This document shows positions 1-7,502 of a DNA stretch of 61,870 nt, piece by piece. Numbering within the stretch: position 1 is the stretch's first letter; each line of letters begins with the position of its first letter. The translations under genes and the position numbers were made by a program. The stretch is from a virus. Taxonomy: Duplodnaviria; Caudoviricetes. The stretch is from the IMG/VR virus record IMGVR_UViG_3300042885_000276, positions 1 to 61,870 of that record, one strand, 5' to 3'. The notes under the pieces were generated by a model. The model ran no database searches and was not told where the DNA came from. It saw only the letters and a list, made by a program, of their open reading frames with translations.

Positions 1-252
1 GTGATTTTATCCAGCCACGCTGGCGTACCCGTCTCGCGCCTCCTGTGCGTACTCGTTAGCGTACCATTCCCAACATTCCGGCCCGCTCTCAGGCCAACAG
101 CGCCTTGCTTTTTCGTACTCACGTTCCCAGATTGCAGACGTGTCTAATCCTCTCGGCTCCACGCAGGTTTCAATCGTTTTCATGTTGCTTTTAGTTTGGT
201 TTCTCGGCGCATAATCGCGCCCTCTTGCCATCTTGGCGGCTGGCGATGCCGC
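1..252. repeat. Terminal direct repeat, left copy (circular or terminally redundant assembly overlap)
   Basis: 1-252 matches 61620-61870 except GTTCCCAG (~123-130) vs GTTCCAG (~61742-61748). Confidence 0.97.
7..183 (-). CDS. Small early-region hypothetical protein (MKTIETC...)
   Basis: ATG at 183 after an A/C-rich leader; co-oriented with the other early genes. Confidence 0.6.
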   Translation of the reverse strand: MKTIETCVEPRGLDTSAIWEREYEKARRCWPESGPECWEWYANEYAQEARDGYASVAG

Positions 253-275
253 AGAGATAGCAAGCGGGCGGGATT
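213..275 (-). other. Long imperfect intergenic hairpin (candidate RNase III-type processing site)
   Basis: Minus strand AATCcCGCCCgCTTGCTATCTctGCGGC-loop-GCCGCcaAGATGGCAAGaGGGCGcGATT, starting at the stop codon of 275-610. Confidence 0.6.
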
Positions 276-610
276 CAGGCTTTATCCGGCACGGACCATG
301 CTGGCGTTTGCTTTGAACCGCGAATCTCCGCCGCCTCGTTTGAACGCTCCGCAAGTCTGCGAACGTGGGCGCGGTGACTGTCCATTTCTTGACGGCTGGC
401 GAATCGAGATGGCAGAATCTCAAGATGCAAGCGAGCGGCCAGCGCGTACAAGTCTTCAAGGCTCATCTGCGCGATTGGTACGCGAAGCTCGCCAGCTTCA
501 TCTTTTCGGACCTCGCACGCGATTACGGCCCCACTAGGAAGCCGGTCAATTGCCAGTCCGATTATGCAGTTAACAGCACAGAATTCCTGCGCGTTGTGGT
601 TTAGAATCAT
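275..610 (-). CDS. Early hypothetical protein
   Basis: 111-aa ORF with ATG and A/C-rich leader, downstream of the hammerhead. Confidence 0.7.
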   Translation of the reverse strand: MILNHNAQEFCAVNCIIGLAIDRLPSGAVIACEVRKDEAGELRVPIAQMSLEDLYALAARLHLEILPSRFASRQEMDSHRAHVRRLAERSNEAAEIRGSKQTPAWSVPDKA

Positions 611-637
611 ATTCGTTTTCTGTTTTTGGTTATGGTT

Positions 638-698
638 TTAGCCTGTCTCATCAGTTTTCGGGAGGCTAACCCGAAAAGACCGCCGCAGCGGTTTCGAC
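638..698 (-). ncRNA. Type II hammerhead self-cleaving ribozyme with loop I pseudoknot
   Basis: Minus strand GUC-GAAA-CCGC(UGCG)GCGG-UC^-UUUUCGGG(UUAGCCU)CCCGAAAA-CUGAUGA-GAC-AGGCUAA: full catalytic core, stems I/II/III, GUC cleavage triplet; loop UUAGCCU pairs 7/7 with the 3' AGGCUAA. Confidence 0.95.
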
Positions 699-983
699 TC
701 ACATTCTTTCATTGCATACAAGGCGCGGAGAGTAGCCTTCCCCATCGTCATAAAATGACTGCAATTCAGCGTAAAGGTTCTCTAACTCGCCGGATTCATT
801 TTCAATCAGCATGTAGCCGCTTTCAAGAAAGCCAGCGTTACAAGCTCCGCCGAAAACGTAGCGATCTCCACGAATGAGCATCACTTCAAAATCGTGAAAC
901 TCTCCACGCTTGTCTTCTATTTCAAGGGTTCCCAGGTGCTCTGCTTTGCTTATGTCTGAAACTTGCCATTTTGATTCGTGCAT
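699..983 (-). CDS. Early acidic hypothetical protein (MHESKWQ...)
   Basis: ATG at 983 after an AAACCAAAAACAAAAAG leader; stop codon abuts the ribozyme. Confidence 0.7.
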   Translation of the reverse strand: MHESKWQVSDISKAEHLGTLEIEDKRGEFHDFEVMLIRGDRYVFGGACNAGFLESGYMLIENESGELENLYAELQSFYDDGEGYSPRLVCNERM

Positions 984-1015
984 AATGTGTCTTTTTGTTT
1001 TTGGTTTCTTGCTAG

Positions 1016-1070
1016 GGTTTGCGCCCTTTGCTCCCCTCGCTTGCGGCAAGGGGAGACAAGGAAGCAAATC
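1016..1070 (-). other. Long imperfect intergenic hairpin (candidate RNase III-type processing site)
   Basis: Minus strand TTTGC..CCTT..CTCCCCTTGC-loop-GCGAGGGGAG..AAGG..GCAAA directly after the stop of 1069-1353. Confidence 0.55.
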
Positions 1071-1353
1071 ACTTCGACTCTTGAACTGTATCTATGCCAG
1101 CCAGGAACGCACGCATTGCCGTTTCAAGTTCGCGTTTTGGAACGTGCCCATGGATTAGAGGCGTGGTTACTCCGCCGCCCTCGCTATGCATGCGATGGAG
1201 GCAATAGCCGCCATAAGCGCCAGATAAGTGGTAGTTTCCAACGTTAGCGCGGAAATTCCCGTTTTCGTCCTTCGTATACGGCTCCAAAGGTGAACCTGTG
1301 CGTTCGTTGATCCAACGGCATAGCGTTTCCAGCGTTTTAAGTGATGTTCTCAT
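1069..1353 (-). CDS. Early hypothetical protein (MRTSLKT...GNYHLSGAYGGYCL)
   Basis: ATG at 1353 with A/C-rich leader; protein-like composition. Confidence 0.75.
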   Translation of the reverse strand: MRTSLKTLETLCRWINERTGSPLEPYTKDENGNFRANVGNYHLSGAYGGYCLHRMHSEGGGVTTPLIHGHVPKRELETAMRAFLAGIDTVQESK

Positions 1354-1391
1354 GTTTTTGTCTTTCGTTTTTGTTTTTGGTTTCTTGATCC

Positions 1392-1541
1392 TCACAGCGC
1401 GGCGGCGGCGCATCCCGCTAGAATTCCCGCGACGGCAAAGAGCCAAAGCCATAGAAGGCACTGGCGATGGAACTGCTGGCGCTGGCGATGGCGTGAGGCT
1501 GCTAGGTAATGCAGGCGGAGGTTGTTCGGTTCTGTTTTCAT
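1392..1541 (-). CDS. Small membrane peptide (MKTEPNN...LLWLWLFAVAGILAGCAAAAL)
   Basis: Manually translated 49-aa ORF with A/C-rich leader and hydrophobic C-terminus. Confidence 0.55.
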   Translation of the reverse strand: MKTEPNNLRLHYLAASRHRQRQQFHRQCLLWLWLFAVAGILAGCAAAAL

Positions 1542-1570
1542 GTGTTTGGTTTTGGTTTATTCGTGGCGGT

Positions 1571-1621
1571 TTAGTCCACGCATGAACGCACCCATGAAGG
1601 ATGCGCTCAAGCGAGGGCTAA
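1571..1621 (-). other. Long imperfect intergenic hairpin (candidate RNase III-type processing site)
   Basis: Minus strand TTAG.CC.CGC.TGAGCGCATCC-TTCAT-GGGTGCGTTCA.GCG.GG.CTAA directly after the stop of 1622-2020. Confidence 0.6.
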
Positions 1622-2020
1622 TTATGATCCGAGGTAGAAACTGATCTGCCCATCATCGCCTTTGCTGAGATTTGAGGGAATCCGTCCCTCCATTGCCATT
1701 TCCTCGTACTCTTCCCAGTCGATCTCGTCTAACGAGTCAGCGCCTGCTTGACGAACATCACCAGCAACCCATTGAAGGAATAAAGCGTTCACTTCTTCCG
1801 CGCTCCAGGCTGCTATTTCTTCCCGTGTCCATCCGCCTGAGCTTCGCGCAAAGTCTCGCATTGCCTCCAGTTTATCTTCCGTATCGAGCAAAGGAGTTTT
1901 TTGGGCCTGCTCCTTTGATGCGTTCCAGGTGTTCCGGCCTGCGTTCTCTCCACCTTCCGCTTGAGAGTGCGAGAGGTCGAAACAATCCAATTCAAGTAGT
2001 GGCGTGATATCGATGTACAT
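1622..2020 (-). CDS. Early acidic hypothetical protein
   Basis: 132-aa ORF, ATG, A/C-rich leader. Confidence 0.8.
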   Translation of the reverse strand: MYIDITPLLELDCFDLSHSQAEGGENAGRNTWNASKEQAQKTPLLDTEDKLEAMRDFARSSGGWTREEIAAWSAEEVNALFLQWVAGDVRQAGADSLDEIDWEEYEEMAMEGRIPSNLSKGDDGQISFYLGS

Positions 2021-2040
2021 GTTGTTTTAGTGGTTTTAGG

Positions 2041-2142
2041 TTAGTGCCAGAGGATGATTGCGATTGAGATCAGAGCGATGGTTCCGAGTATCCAAGCCAA
2101 GAGCATGGCGAGCATTGCGTCTGGGGTGTCGTGTGGTGTCAT
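2041..2142 (-). CDS. Small single-TM peptide (MTPHDTPDAMLAMLLAWILGTIALISIAIILWH)
   Basis: Manually translated 33-aa ORF; first gene after the putative early promoter. Confidence 0.5.
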   Translation of the reverse strand: MTPHDTPDAMLAMLLAWILGTIALISIAIILWH

Positions 2143-2192
2143 ATTGCGTTGCGTTGCGTGTTTTGTTTTCGTTGGGTTATCCTAACACGCAT

Positions 2193-2235
2193 AGATTAAC
2201 AGAAAGCGGACAGTTAGCAAGCAGAAAAGCGGACA
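2193..2235 (-). promoter_or_regulatory. Putative early promoter with two AAAGCGGACA boxes
   Basis: Minus strand TTGCTA-N16-TAATCT (2220-2193); direct repeat AAAGCGGACA at 2203 and 2226. Confidence 0.5.
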
Positions 2236-2278
2236 CTTTGAAGAAATACTTGCGAAGTTAGGGCTTTAGCGGGATTAA

Positions 2279-2854
2279 ATGCCGATTATGGCGAACACTC
2301 CTGTAATTGATCCCGCAACCTGGGAAGCGTTAAAAGCTGCCAGCATTCGAGGCGTTCCAGATTCACAGCTTGCCGAGAGCTTTGGAGTTTGTGAGGCAAC
2401 GATCAGGATCAAACGATTCCGAGATGATGTGTGGAAAGCAGCGTTAACCAGTAAGCAGGAAAAGGCTACTGAAACGATAGGCAATGAAGAGAATGAAACG
2501 GGAATTGAAACGAAAGGCGAAAAAGTGGTAAATTTGCCAACTTCGCCACTTGCCAGCACGTCCACACTTGCGCAGAAAGTGGCTTCTACGGTGTCCGAGA
2601 ACATCTCACGACTAGGAGAGCAGAATCGTCTCCTAGCGCTTCAAATCGCAGGGAAAGGGCTAAAGCAAGCAAATGCTGCTCCGCCGGACGTGCAAAGCTG
2701 GCAAGATGTCAAAGCCCTCATGGACATTGTGGCTAAGGCCAGCGGGATGGATCAAGCCCAAGCCGTCCAAGTTAACGTGCTTAGCTCGCAGCCTATGGAT
2801 TTCTCCCCTCACTTTGAGCCGCTTGTTGAGACTGGAAACGTGGTTGAGGTGTAA
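2279..2854 (+). CDS. HTH protein, probable terminase small subunit
   Basis: N-terminal HTH (VPDSQLAESFGVCEATIRIKRFRDDW-like), helical middle, 'VQVNVL' beta tail typical of TerS. Confidence 0.5.
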   Translation: MPIMANTPVIDPATWEALKAASIRGVPDSQLAESFGVCEATIRIKRFRDDVWKAALTSKQEKATETIGNEENETGIETKGEKVVNLPTSPLASTSTLAQKVASTVSENISRLGEQNRLLALQIAGKGLKQANAAPPDVQSWQDVKALMDIVAKASGMDQAQAVQVNVLSSQPMDFSPHFEPLVETGNVVEV

Positions 2855-3250
2855 CTCACTGAGTATCAGTGATGTCCTACTTTGCATGCTCGGTGTTGTT
2901 TGTAGTTATATATTAACCCGGAATTTCTGGCCTGTTTTTTCTTTGATCCCGGCAGTGCATGGGTGGATGGACTGCTAGCTAGCGGCGGCGGTGGCTAGTA
3001 GCCAGGGTGGCGGGCGAGCGCGAGGGGTGGCAGTGAGGAGCGCAGACCACGGGTCGGGTGGCAGTGGGTAGGGCGGGGCGAGCGGCCCATGTTGTGCGTA
3101 TATTCACTCCCCTCATAAAATTCCCCCAAATAAATATCTTCTACCATTACCACCACCGGGTATGATTTATTTATTCACCCACCCCAGGGGTCTTTTCTGT
3201 AAAATCATCCTCAACAATTTCTCCCTCTAAATTATTTCTTATACCATTTG
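2851..3250. other. Non-coding region with a palindrome, G-rich strand-biased tract and AT-rich imperfect repeats (candidate packaging/terminus region)
   Basis: TCACTGA-GTA-TCAGTGA at 2856-2872; five G>=3 runs at 3051-3078; TATTCAC..TAAAAT..TACCATT motif series twice in 3101-3248. Confidence 0.4.
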
Positions 3251-3282
3251 ATTCCGTCCGTTTGTGTGTGATGTTTACCGCA

Positions 3283-4398
3283 GTGAACTACTACAATGAA
3301 TATGACAAAAAGACCGCCGCATGGCTGCGAGAACTCATCAAGGCTGGACTTATTCCAGATGGAGTTGTGGACGAGCGATCAATTACAGATGTGCGTTCAA
3401 GCGATCTCGCCGGATACACGCAGTGCCATTTCTTCGCCGGAATCGGAGGATGGAGCCTTGCTTTGCAACTCGCAGGATGGCCCTCAGATCGTCCTGTGTG
3501 GACCGGAAGCTGCCCATGCCAGCCATTCTCAACCGCAGGAAAAGGACTCGCTCAAGCCGATGAACGACATCTCTGGCCTGTGTTCTTTAATCTCATCAAG
3601 GAATGCCGACCTGAACATGTCTTTGGGGAGCAGGTTGCAAGCGCGATTGGCAAAGGTTGGCTCGATGGAATATCGGCAGACTTGGGCGAAGAAGGTTACG
3701 CCTGCGGGTCTGCCGTATTGGGCGCACACAGCGTCGGCAGTCCGCATATCAGACAAAGATTGTACTGGGTGGCCGACTCCAACAGTGGACGATTCCAGCA
3801 ATGTGACGAGGGAATCGGGAGCGTTCCAGAGCTTAACAAGAACAGCGCAGATGGCTGGATGGGCGACTCCAGTAGTGAACGACACAACGGGCAGCACTCA
3901 CTGCTACGGAAAGAAGAACCAAGACGGGACACGGGAGATATTCTACAAGCTGCCGGGTCATGCGAAGCTAGCGGGATGGGCAACGCCGAACGCCAACAAT
4001 ATGAACGACGGGGAGGGGCTGGAGACGTGGGATGCCCGCCAGATCAAGAACAAGGAGAAGCACGGCAACGGGAACGGAGCTGGGATGCCAATAGCGGTTC
4101 AGGTGAAAACGATCACGGGATGGCCGAGTCCAATGCACTTGGATGGACACATGGCTTCGACAGAAAGGACGACCAACGGGCAGAAACAGCTTCCGAATGT
4201 AGCGGCAATCTGTGGTCTGACTTCCAACTCGCCCACTGCCGAGACGGCAAAACCCGTCGCATCCCAACTGAACCCACATTTTTCCCGCTGGCTCATGGGG
4301 TTTCCGCTAGAGTGGTGCGACTGCGCGGTTACGGCAATGCAATCGTTCCCCAAATTGCGGCGGAGTTCGCCAAAGCATATTTAGAAATTTCCCAATGA
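3283..4398 (+). CDS. C5 cytosine DNA methyltransferase, alpha (catalytic) polypeptide
   Basis: Motifs [49 protein letters not shown]; motif IX absent from this frame; start uncertain (3262/3271/3283). Confidence 0.92.
   Translation: MNYYNEYDKKTAAWLRELIKAGLIPDGVVDERSITDVRSSDLAGYTQCHFFAGIGGWSLALQLAGWPSDRPVWTGSCPCQPFSTAGKGLAQADERHLWPVFFNLIKECRPEHVFGEQVASAIGKGWLDGISADLGEEGYACGSAVLGAHSVGSPHIRQRLYWVADSNSGRFQQCDEGIGSVPELNKNSADGWMGDSSSERHNGQHSLLRKEEPRRDTGDILQAAGSCEASGMGNAERQQYERRGGAGDVGCPPDQEQGEARQRERSWDANSGSGENDHGMAESNALGWTHGFDRKDDQRAETASECSGNLWSDFQLAHCRDGKTRRIPTEPTFFPLAHGVSARVVRLRGYGNAIVPQIAAEFAKAYLEISQ
3296..4384 (+). CDS. Overlapping +1-frame polypeptide, probable methyltransferase beta subunit (TRD-like repeats plus motif IX)
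   Basis: 362-codon open frame nested in the MTase gene; carries [13 protein letters not shown] (motif IX-like, 4268-4306) and four GW-x-(T/S)-P repeats; real start may be internal (e.g. ATG 3665). Confidence 0.8.
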   Translation: MNMTKRPPHGCENSSRLDLFQMELWTSDQLQMCVQAISPDTRSAISSPESEDGALLCNSQDGPQIVLCGPEAAHASHSQPQEKDSLKPMNDISGLCSLISSRNADLNMSLGSRLQARLAKVGSMEYRQTWAKKVTPAGLPYWAHTASAVRISDKDCTGWPTPTVDDSSNVTRESGAFQSLTRTAQMAGWATPVVNDTTGSTHCYGKKNQDGTREIFYKLPGHAKLAGWATPNANNMNDGEGLETWDARQIKNKEKHGNGNGAGMPIAVQVKTITGWPSPMHLDGHMASTERTTNGQKQLPNVAAICGLTSNSPTAETAKPVASQLNPHFSRWLMGFPLEWCDCAVTAMQSFPKLRRSSPKHI

Positions 4399-4871
4399 TT
4401 TCATCATTCCATCCCAACTTCAAAAACCTCACGGGTAAACGCTTTGGTCGCTGGACGGTTCTCTCCCATGTGCCAACGGGTAGAAAAGGATCTTCAACCT
4501 GGAGATGCCAGTGCGACTGTGGACGCATCAAGCAGAACGTGTTCTATACCGCTTTAACAACGGGCAAGTCTCTTTCCTGTGGATGCCTTAGAACCGATCT
4601 GCTGCGCGGTAAAGCAGTGGATGTGAAGCCGGAAAGCCCAACTGCTATTGAAGAGCCTATTGGCGATTTGGCTGAGCTTGAGGCGATGCTGGTTGATTCC
4701 AAGAAGCCTGTGGTATCTGAGGCTAAAAAACTCACCCTCAACGATCAACGTCTCTGGCGCTGTATAGCTCGTTGCCGGGTCAAAGGACTCACCTACAAGG
4801 GCCAGAAGCCAACGGATTTCTACGTCAAGCTGGCGATGAAGGATGAGCTTGCGATTTGGCTGAGAGGATAA
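4395..4871 (+). CDS. Protein with HNH/AP2-associated N-terminal Cys domain
   Basis: NLTGKRFGRWTV...WRCQCDCG...SCGCL; no HNH catalytic motif seen. Confidence 0.75.
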   Translation: MISSFHPNFKNLTGKRFGRWTVLSHVPTGRKGSSTWRCQCDCGRIKQNVFYTALTTGKSLSCGCLRTDLLRGKAVDVKPESPTAIEEPIGDLAELEAMLVDSKKPVVSEAKKLTLNDQRLWRCIARCRVKGLTYKGQKPTDFYVKLAMKDELAIWLRG

Positions 4872-4927
4872 ATATCTTATTGTATTTGTTGCATCGACAG
4901 AATCGGCGTGCGATGGTTGATGACGAT

Positions 4928-5266
4928 ATGAAACTAACAGAACAAGAAAAAAGAATCAAGCTGGCTAAGGCTGATGGGTGGGATGAGTCGCCGTCGGGCA
5001 AATGGAGTAATAACGGATTTATTTTGCCTGACCCTCTCAATCCACCCGACTACTTCAACGACCTCAACGCGGTGCATAAGTTGGAGCAACAAACATGGTC
5101 CAAGGAATGGAATCTGAGAGACGATTTTTGTGATCATTTGGCTTTAATCATTGACCCTGTGCATGGTTATAGAGGTCTTAAAGCTATAGATGCACTACAA
5201 GCAACCGCAGCACAACGCGCCGAAGCTCTCGGCCTAGCCCTCAAACTTTGGGAGGCATCGAAATGA
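4928..5266 (+). CDS. Phage hypothetical protein (ABA-sandwich-like)
   Basis: IKLAKADGW...PDYFNDLNAVH...ATAAQRAEAL pattern. Confidence 0.65.
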   Translation: MKLTEQEKRIKLAKADGWDESPSGKWSNNGFILPDPLNPPDYFNDLNAVHKLEQQTWSKEWNLRDDFCDHLALIIDPVHGYRGLKAIDALQATAAQRAEALGLALKLWEASK

Positions 5267-5378
5267 TTGCAAGAATCGCCATCTTAATGTTTGGAATTAC
5301 TATCGCTTCTACGACGTGCATGAACCGCTACTGCGAAATGAAAGAATGGATTCACACTCACTCAGATAAATACAGACC

Positions 5379-6011
5379 ATGAGAAACATAAACCTCCCCA
5401 AAACAAAAATATACATTCGCTGTGACGCCTTCGGTGGTCCAGAAAACGAATTTGAACTAGCTTGGCTCGTCTCTGTCAGAGCTATGCGTAACCGTCCATT
5501 CTGCTTCCAGGCATGGGTGGAGAAATACGCTGCATGCTTCGATAAGATTCCGCCGCAGTGCGTCTATTGGTATGAGCCGGAAGATGATCACAAGCCTCTT
5601 CCGCTACATAAAGTTCAGATGTGGGAATGCCTGTCTGGTTCCATTGAGCTTTGGCGCAAGGATCAGTTAAGCGACGTGCCAGTTTTGGTTAACCTTGGCA
5701 AAGGTAATCCACCGATAGGAGGCCACTACTGGTTCACCATCGACCACCTGCCAGAAGGGCAATCATCTGGCCTCCTGGACGTAGGTGACTCAGAGTTGCT
5801 TGAAGAGCATAAGGAGGGCAATGTCATCAAGCTCAGTAATGGGCAGATCGCGATCTATCCGAACAACCGCATTAAGTGGATGCCAGTTTCACTGACCGGC
5901 AAAGACGCAGCCGCAACTATTCCGCCCTGGAGCGTTGCAACAAATAGCCAATGGGACGAGTGGTGGTCTGACTCAGACGAAATCCTTGGCGATGCTAAAT
6001 GGGCGTATTGA
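5379..6011 (+). CDS. Conserved-type phage hypothetical protein
   Basis: 210-aa ORF with QMWEC, YWFTID, EHK, NGQIAIYPNNRI motifs; function unknown. Confidence 0.8.
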   Translation: MRNINLPKTKIYIRCDAFGGPENEFELAWLVSVRAMRNRPFCFQAWVEKYAACFDKIPPQCVYWYEPEDDHKPLPLHKVQMWECLSGSIELWRKDQLSDVPVLVNLGKGNPPIGGHYWFTIDHLPEGQSSGLLDVGDSELLEEHKEGNVIKLSNGQIAIYPNNRIKWMPVSLTGKDAAATIPPWSVATNSQWDEWWSDSDEILGDAKWAY

Positions 6012-6031
6012 AACAAACGTAGAACATAAAT

Positions 6032-6322
6032 ATGAACCGTTCCTCTCCATCGTCTTATTCTCCGTCGCTTGTCCCTATACTTATGAAAGACCTACACACT
6101 CCAATCGAGCCAAATCAACTGCATCCGATGTTGTTGGATGATGCGCACATAGGCGACATCGTCGCATTCGACTGCCGCGAAAGGATGCTCACCATCCAAG
6201 TCGATGAGATGCCAAGCGGCAAAAAGCCTGGACACAGGCTTGGAGCGCGGGCGATTTTGGTATTCCTGCCGGAGAACGACCCACATCAAGCGACGGCAAG
6301 CGCTGGACCATTGAAAACATAA
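6032..6322 (+). CDS. Hypothetical protein in a decayed attC-bounded cassette
   Basis: 96-aa ORF; inverted core pair TTCTCCG (6058) / CGGAGAAC (6270-6277). Confidence 0.65.
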   Translation: MNRSSPSSYSPSLVPILMKDLHTPIEPNQLHPMLLDDAHIGDIVAFDCRERMLTIQVDEMPSGKKPGHRLGARAILVFLPENDPHQATASAGPLKT

Positions 6323-6358
6323 CCAAAATCCACATTGACGCAGGAATTAAACACGGAA

Positions 6359-6607
6359 ATGAAACCCATGAAGACCAATATGGCCTTGATTCGGCTTCCT
6401 AATGACGTGGCCCGTTGCGATGGCGTAGGATTCGATGAAAACGGCAGTTGGGACTGGCGCGAAGGCTGTGAGACGTGTTTACGCCGCACTGCTCCACGTG
6501 GAGACATGATGCTCATATCGTTCATCCATCCGCCTGCGATTGTCGCTTTCGAGTGCGAGTTCCTCATTGAGCCAGACAGCAATCATCCAAACCAACTTTC
6601 CAGCTAA
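6359..6607 (+). CDS. Small Cys-rich phage protein (LPNDVARC...CETCLRR...CE)
   Basis: ORF track 6335-6607; several in-frame ATGs, start uncertain. Confidence 0.65.
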   Translation: MKPMKTNMALIRLPNDVARCDGVGFDENGSWDWREGCETCLRRTAPRGDMMLISFIHPPAIVAFECEFLIEPDSNHPNQLSS

Positions 6608-6614
6608 CAATTTA

Positions 6615-6836
6615 ATGGGACGCTCACCAAAATCACTCATCAACGAAACCTTCGGCAGCTTGATCGTTGTCGAACTCGTATCTCGCAACACCCATGGCAA
6701 TAGCCGCTGGCTGTGCCAATGCGAGTGCGGCAACAAGACCGAGGTATATTATCAAAATCTCACCTCTGGAAGTGTGCAGTCCTGTGGCTGCTTGCCGAAG
6801 GGAAGGAAGATTGGCTCCAAAAAACAATCCAAGTAA
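6615..6836 (+). CDS. Stand-alone HNH/AP2-associated Cys domain protein (paralog of the 4395 N-terminus)
   Basis: FGSLIVV...RWLCQCECG...LTSGSVQSCGCL. Confidence 0.7.
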   Translation: MGRSPKSLINETFGSLIVVELVSRNTHGNSRWLCQCECGNKTEVYYQNLTSGSVQSCGCLPKGRKIGSKKQSK

Positions 6837-7294
6837 TGACTATGAATACAGAACACGACAAACCAACGCCTCCTCCAGGATTCAAACTTGTTAAGGGGGC
6901 TGAATTAAAAGCTCCATTTGATACCAGATTGCTCGTGTTTACCGATGAAGACACATGGGATGAATCTGTTTATGCAGGTTCAAATAGAGCAATGCTCCAT
7001 GCAGACTTTTGCTCATGGTATGCGACACCAGATTCACAGCAATCCATTTCCGAGGAGGCCGCAGCAATCGTCGCTGGAGATCGCGAAGCCGACTACGGCG
7101 AAGTAAACGAATCTTTCTCCCGCATCGCAAAGCTGTGGAGTGCCTACACAGGATCGACCATTGAGCCGTGGGATGTGGCGCAAATGATGATTCTTCTGAA
7201 AGTCAGCCGAGCCAAGACGAGCAAGAAGCGAGACACCTTGGTTGACATCATTGGATATGCCGAGTGTGCAGCGAAACTTAACAAAGCTGAATGA
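6836..7294 (+). CDS. DUF6378-like protein
   Basis: GDREADYG...FSRIAKLWSAY...DVAQMMILLKVSR...DTLVDIIGYA. Confidence 0.8.
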   Translation: MTMNTEHDKPTPPPGFKLVKGAELKAPFDTRLLVFTDEDTWDESVYAGSNRAMLHADFCSWYATPDSQQSISEEAAAIVAGDREADYGEVNESFSRIAKLWSAYTGSTIEPWDVAQMMILLKVSRAKTSKKRDTLVDIIGYAECAAKLNKAE

Positions 7295-7468
7295 TATTTG
7301 GGCTATGCGGTCCTGATGCCAGACTTTGGGTGGGGAAAATGTGAAAAAGTGTAAAAGTCGAGCACATGCAGAAAACAGGCTGTAAACCATTGATGATCAA
7401 TGAGAAAAGCGCGTAAAGCTAACATAATAGAATAGACAAGTGGTTAACATAATTCGAGATAGTTCATG

Positions 7469-7497
7469 TTGACTCTTAACTATAACTAACGCATCAT
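7469..7497 (+). promoter_or_regulatory. Sigma70-like promoter, leaderless-type
   Basis: TTGACT-N17-CATCAT, 5 nt before ATG 7503. Confidence 0.5.
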
Positions 7498-7502
7498 GGC
7501 TC

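Noticed and set aside
6411-6435. CCGTTGCGATG as the partner arm of the attC half-site at 6271
   Set aside because: Lies in the DVARC coding motif of the next gene; pairing is weak and no GTT core follows at the right spacing
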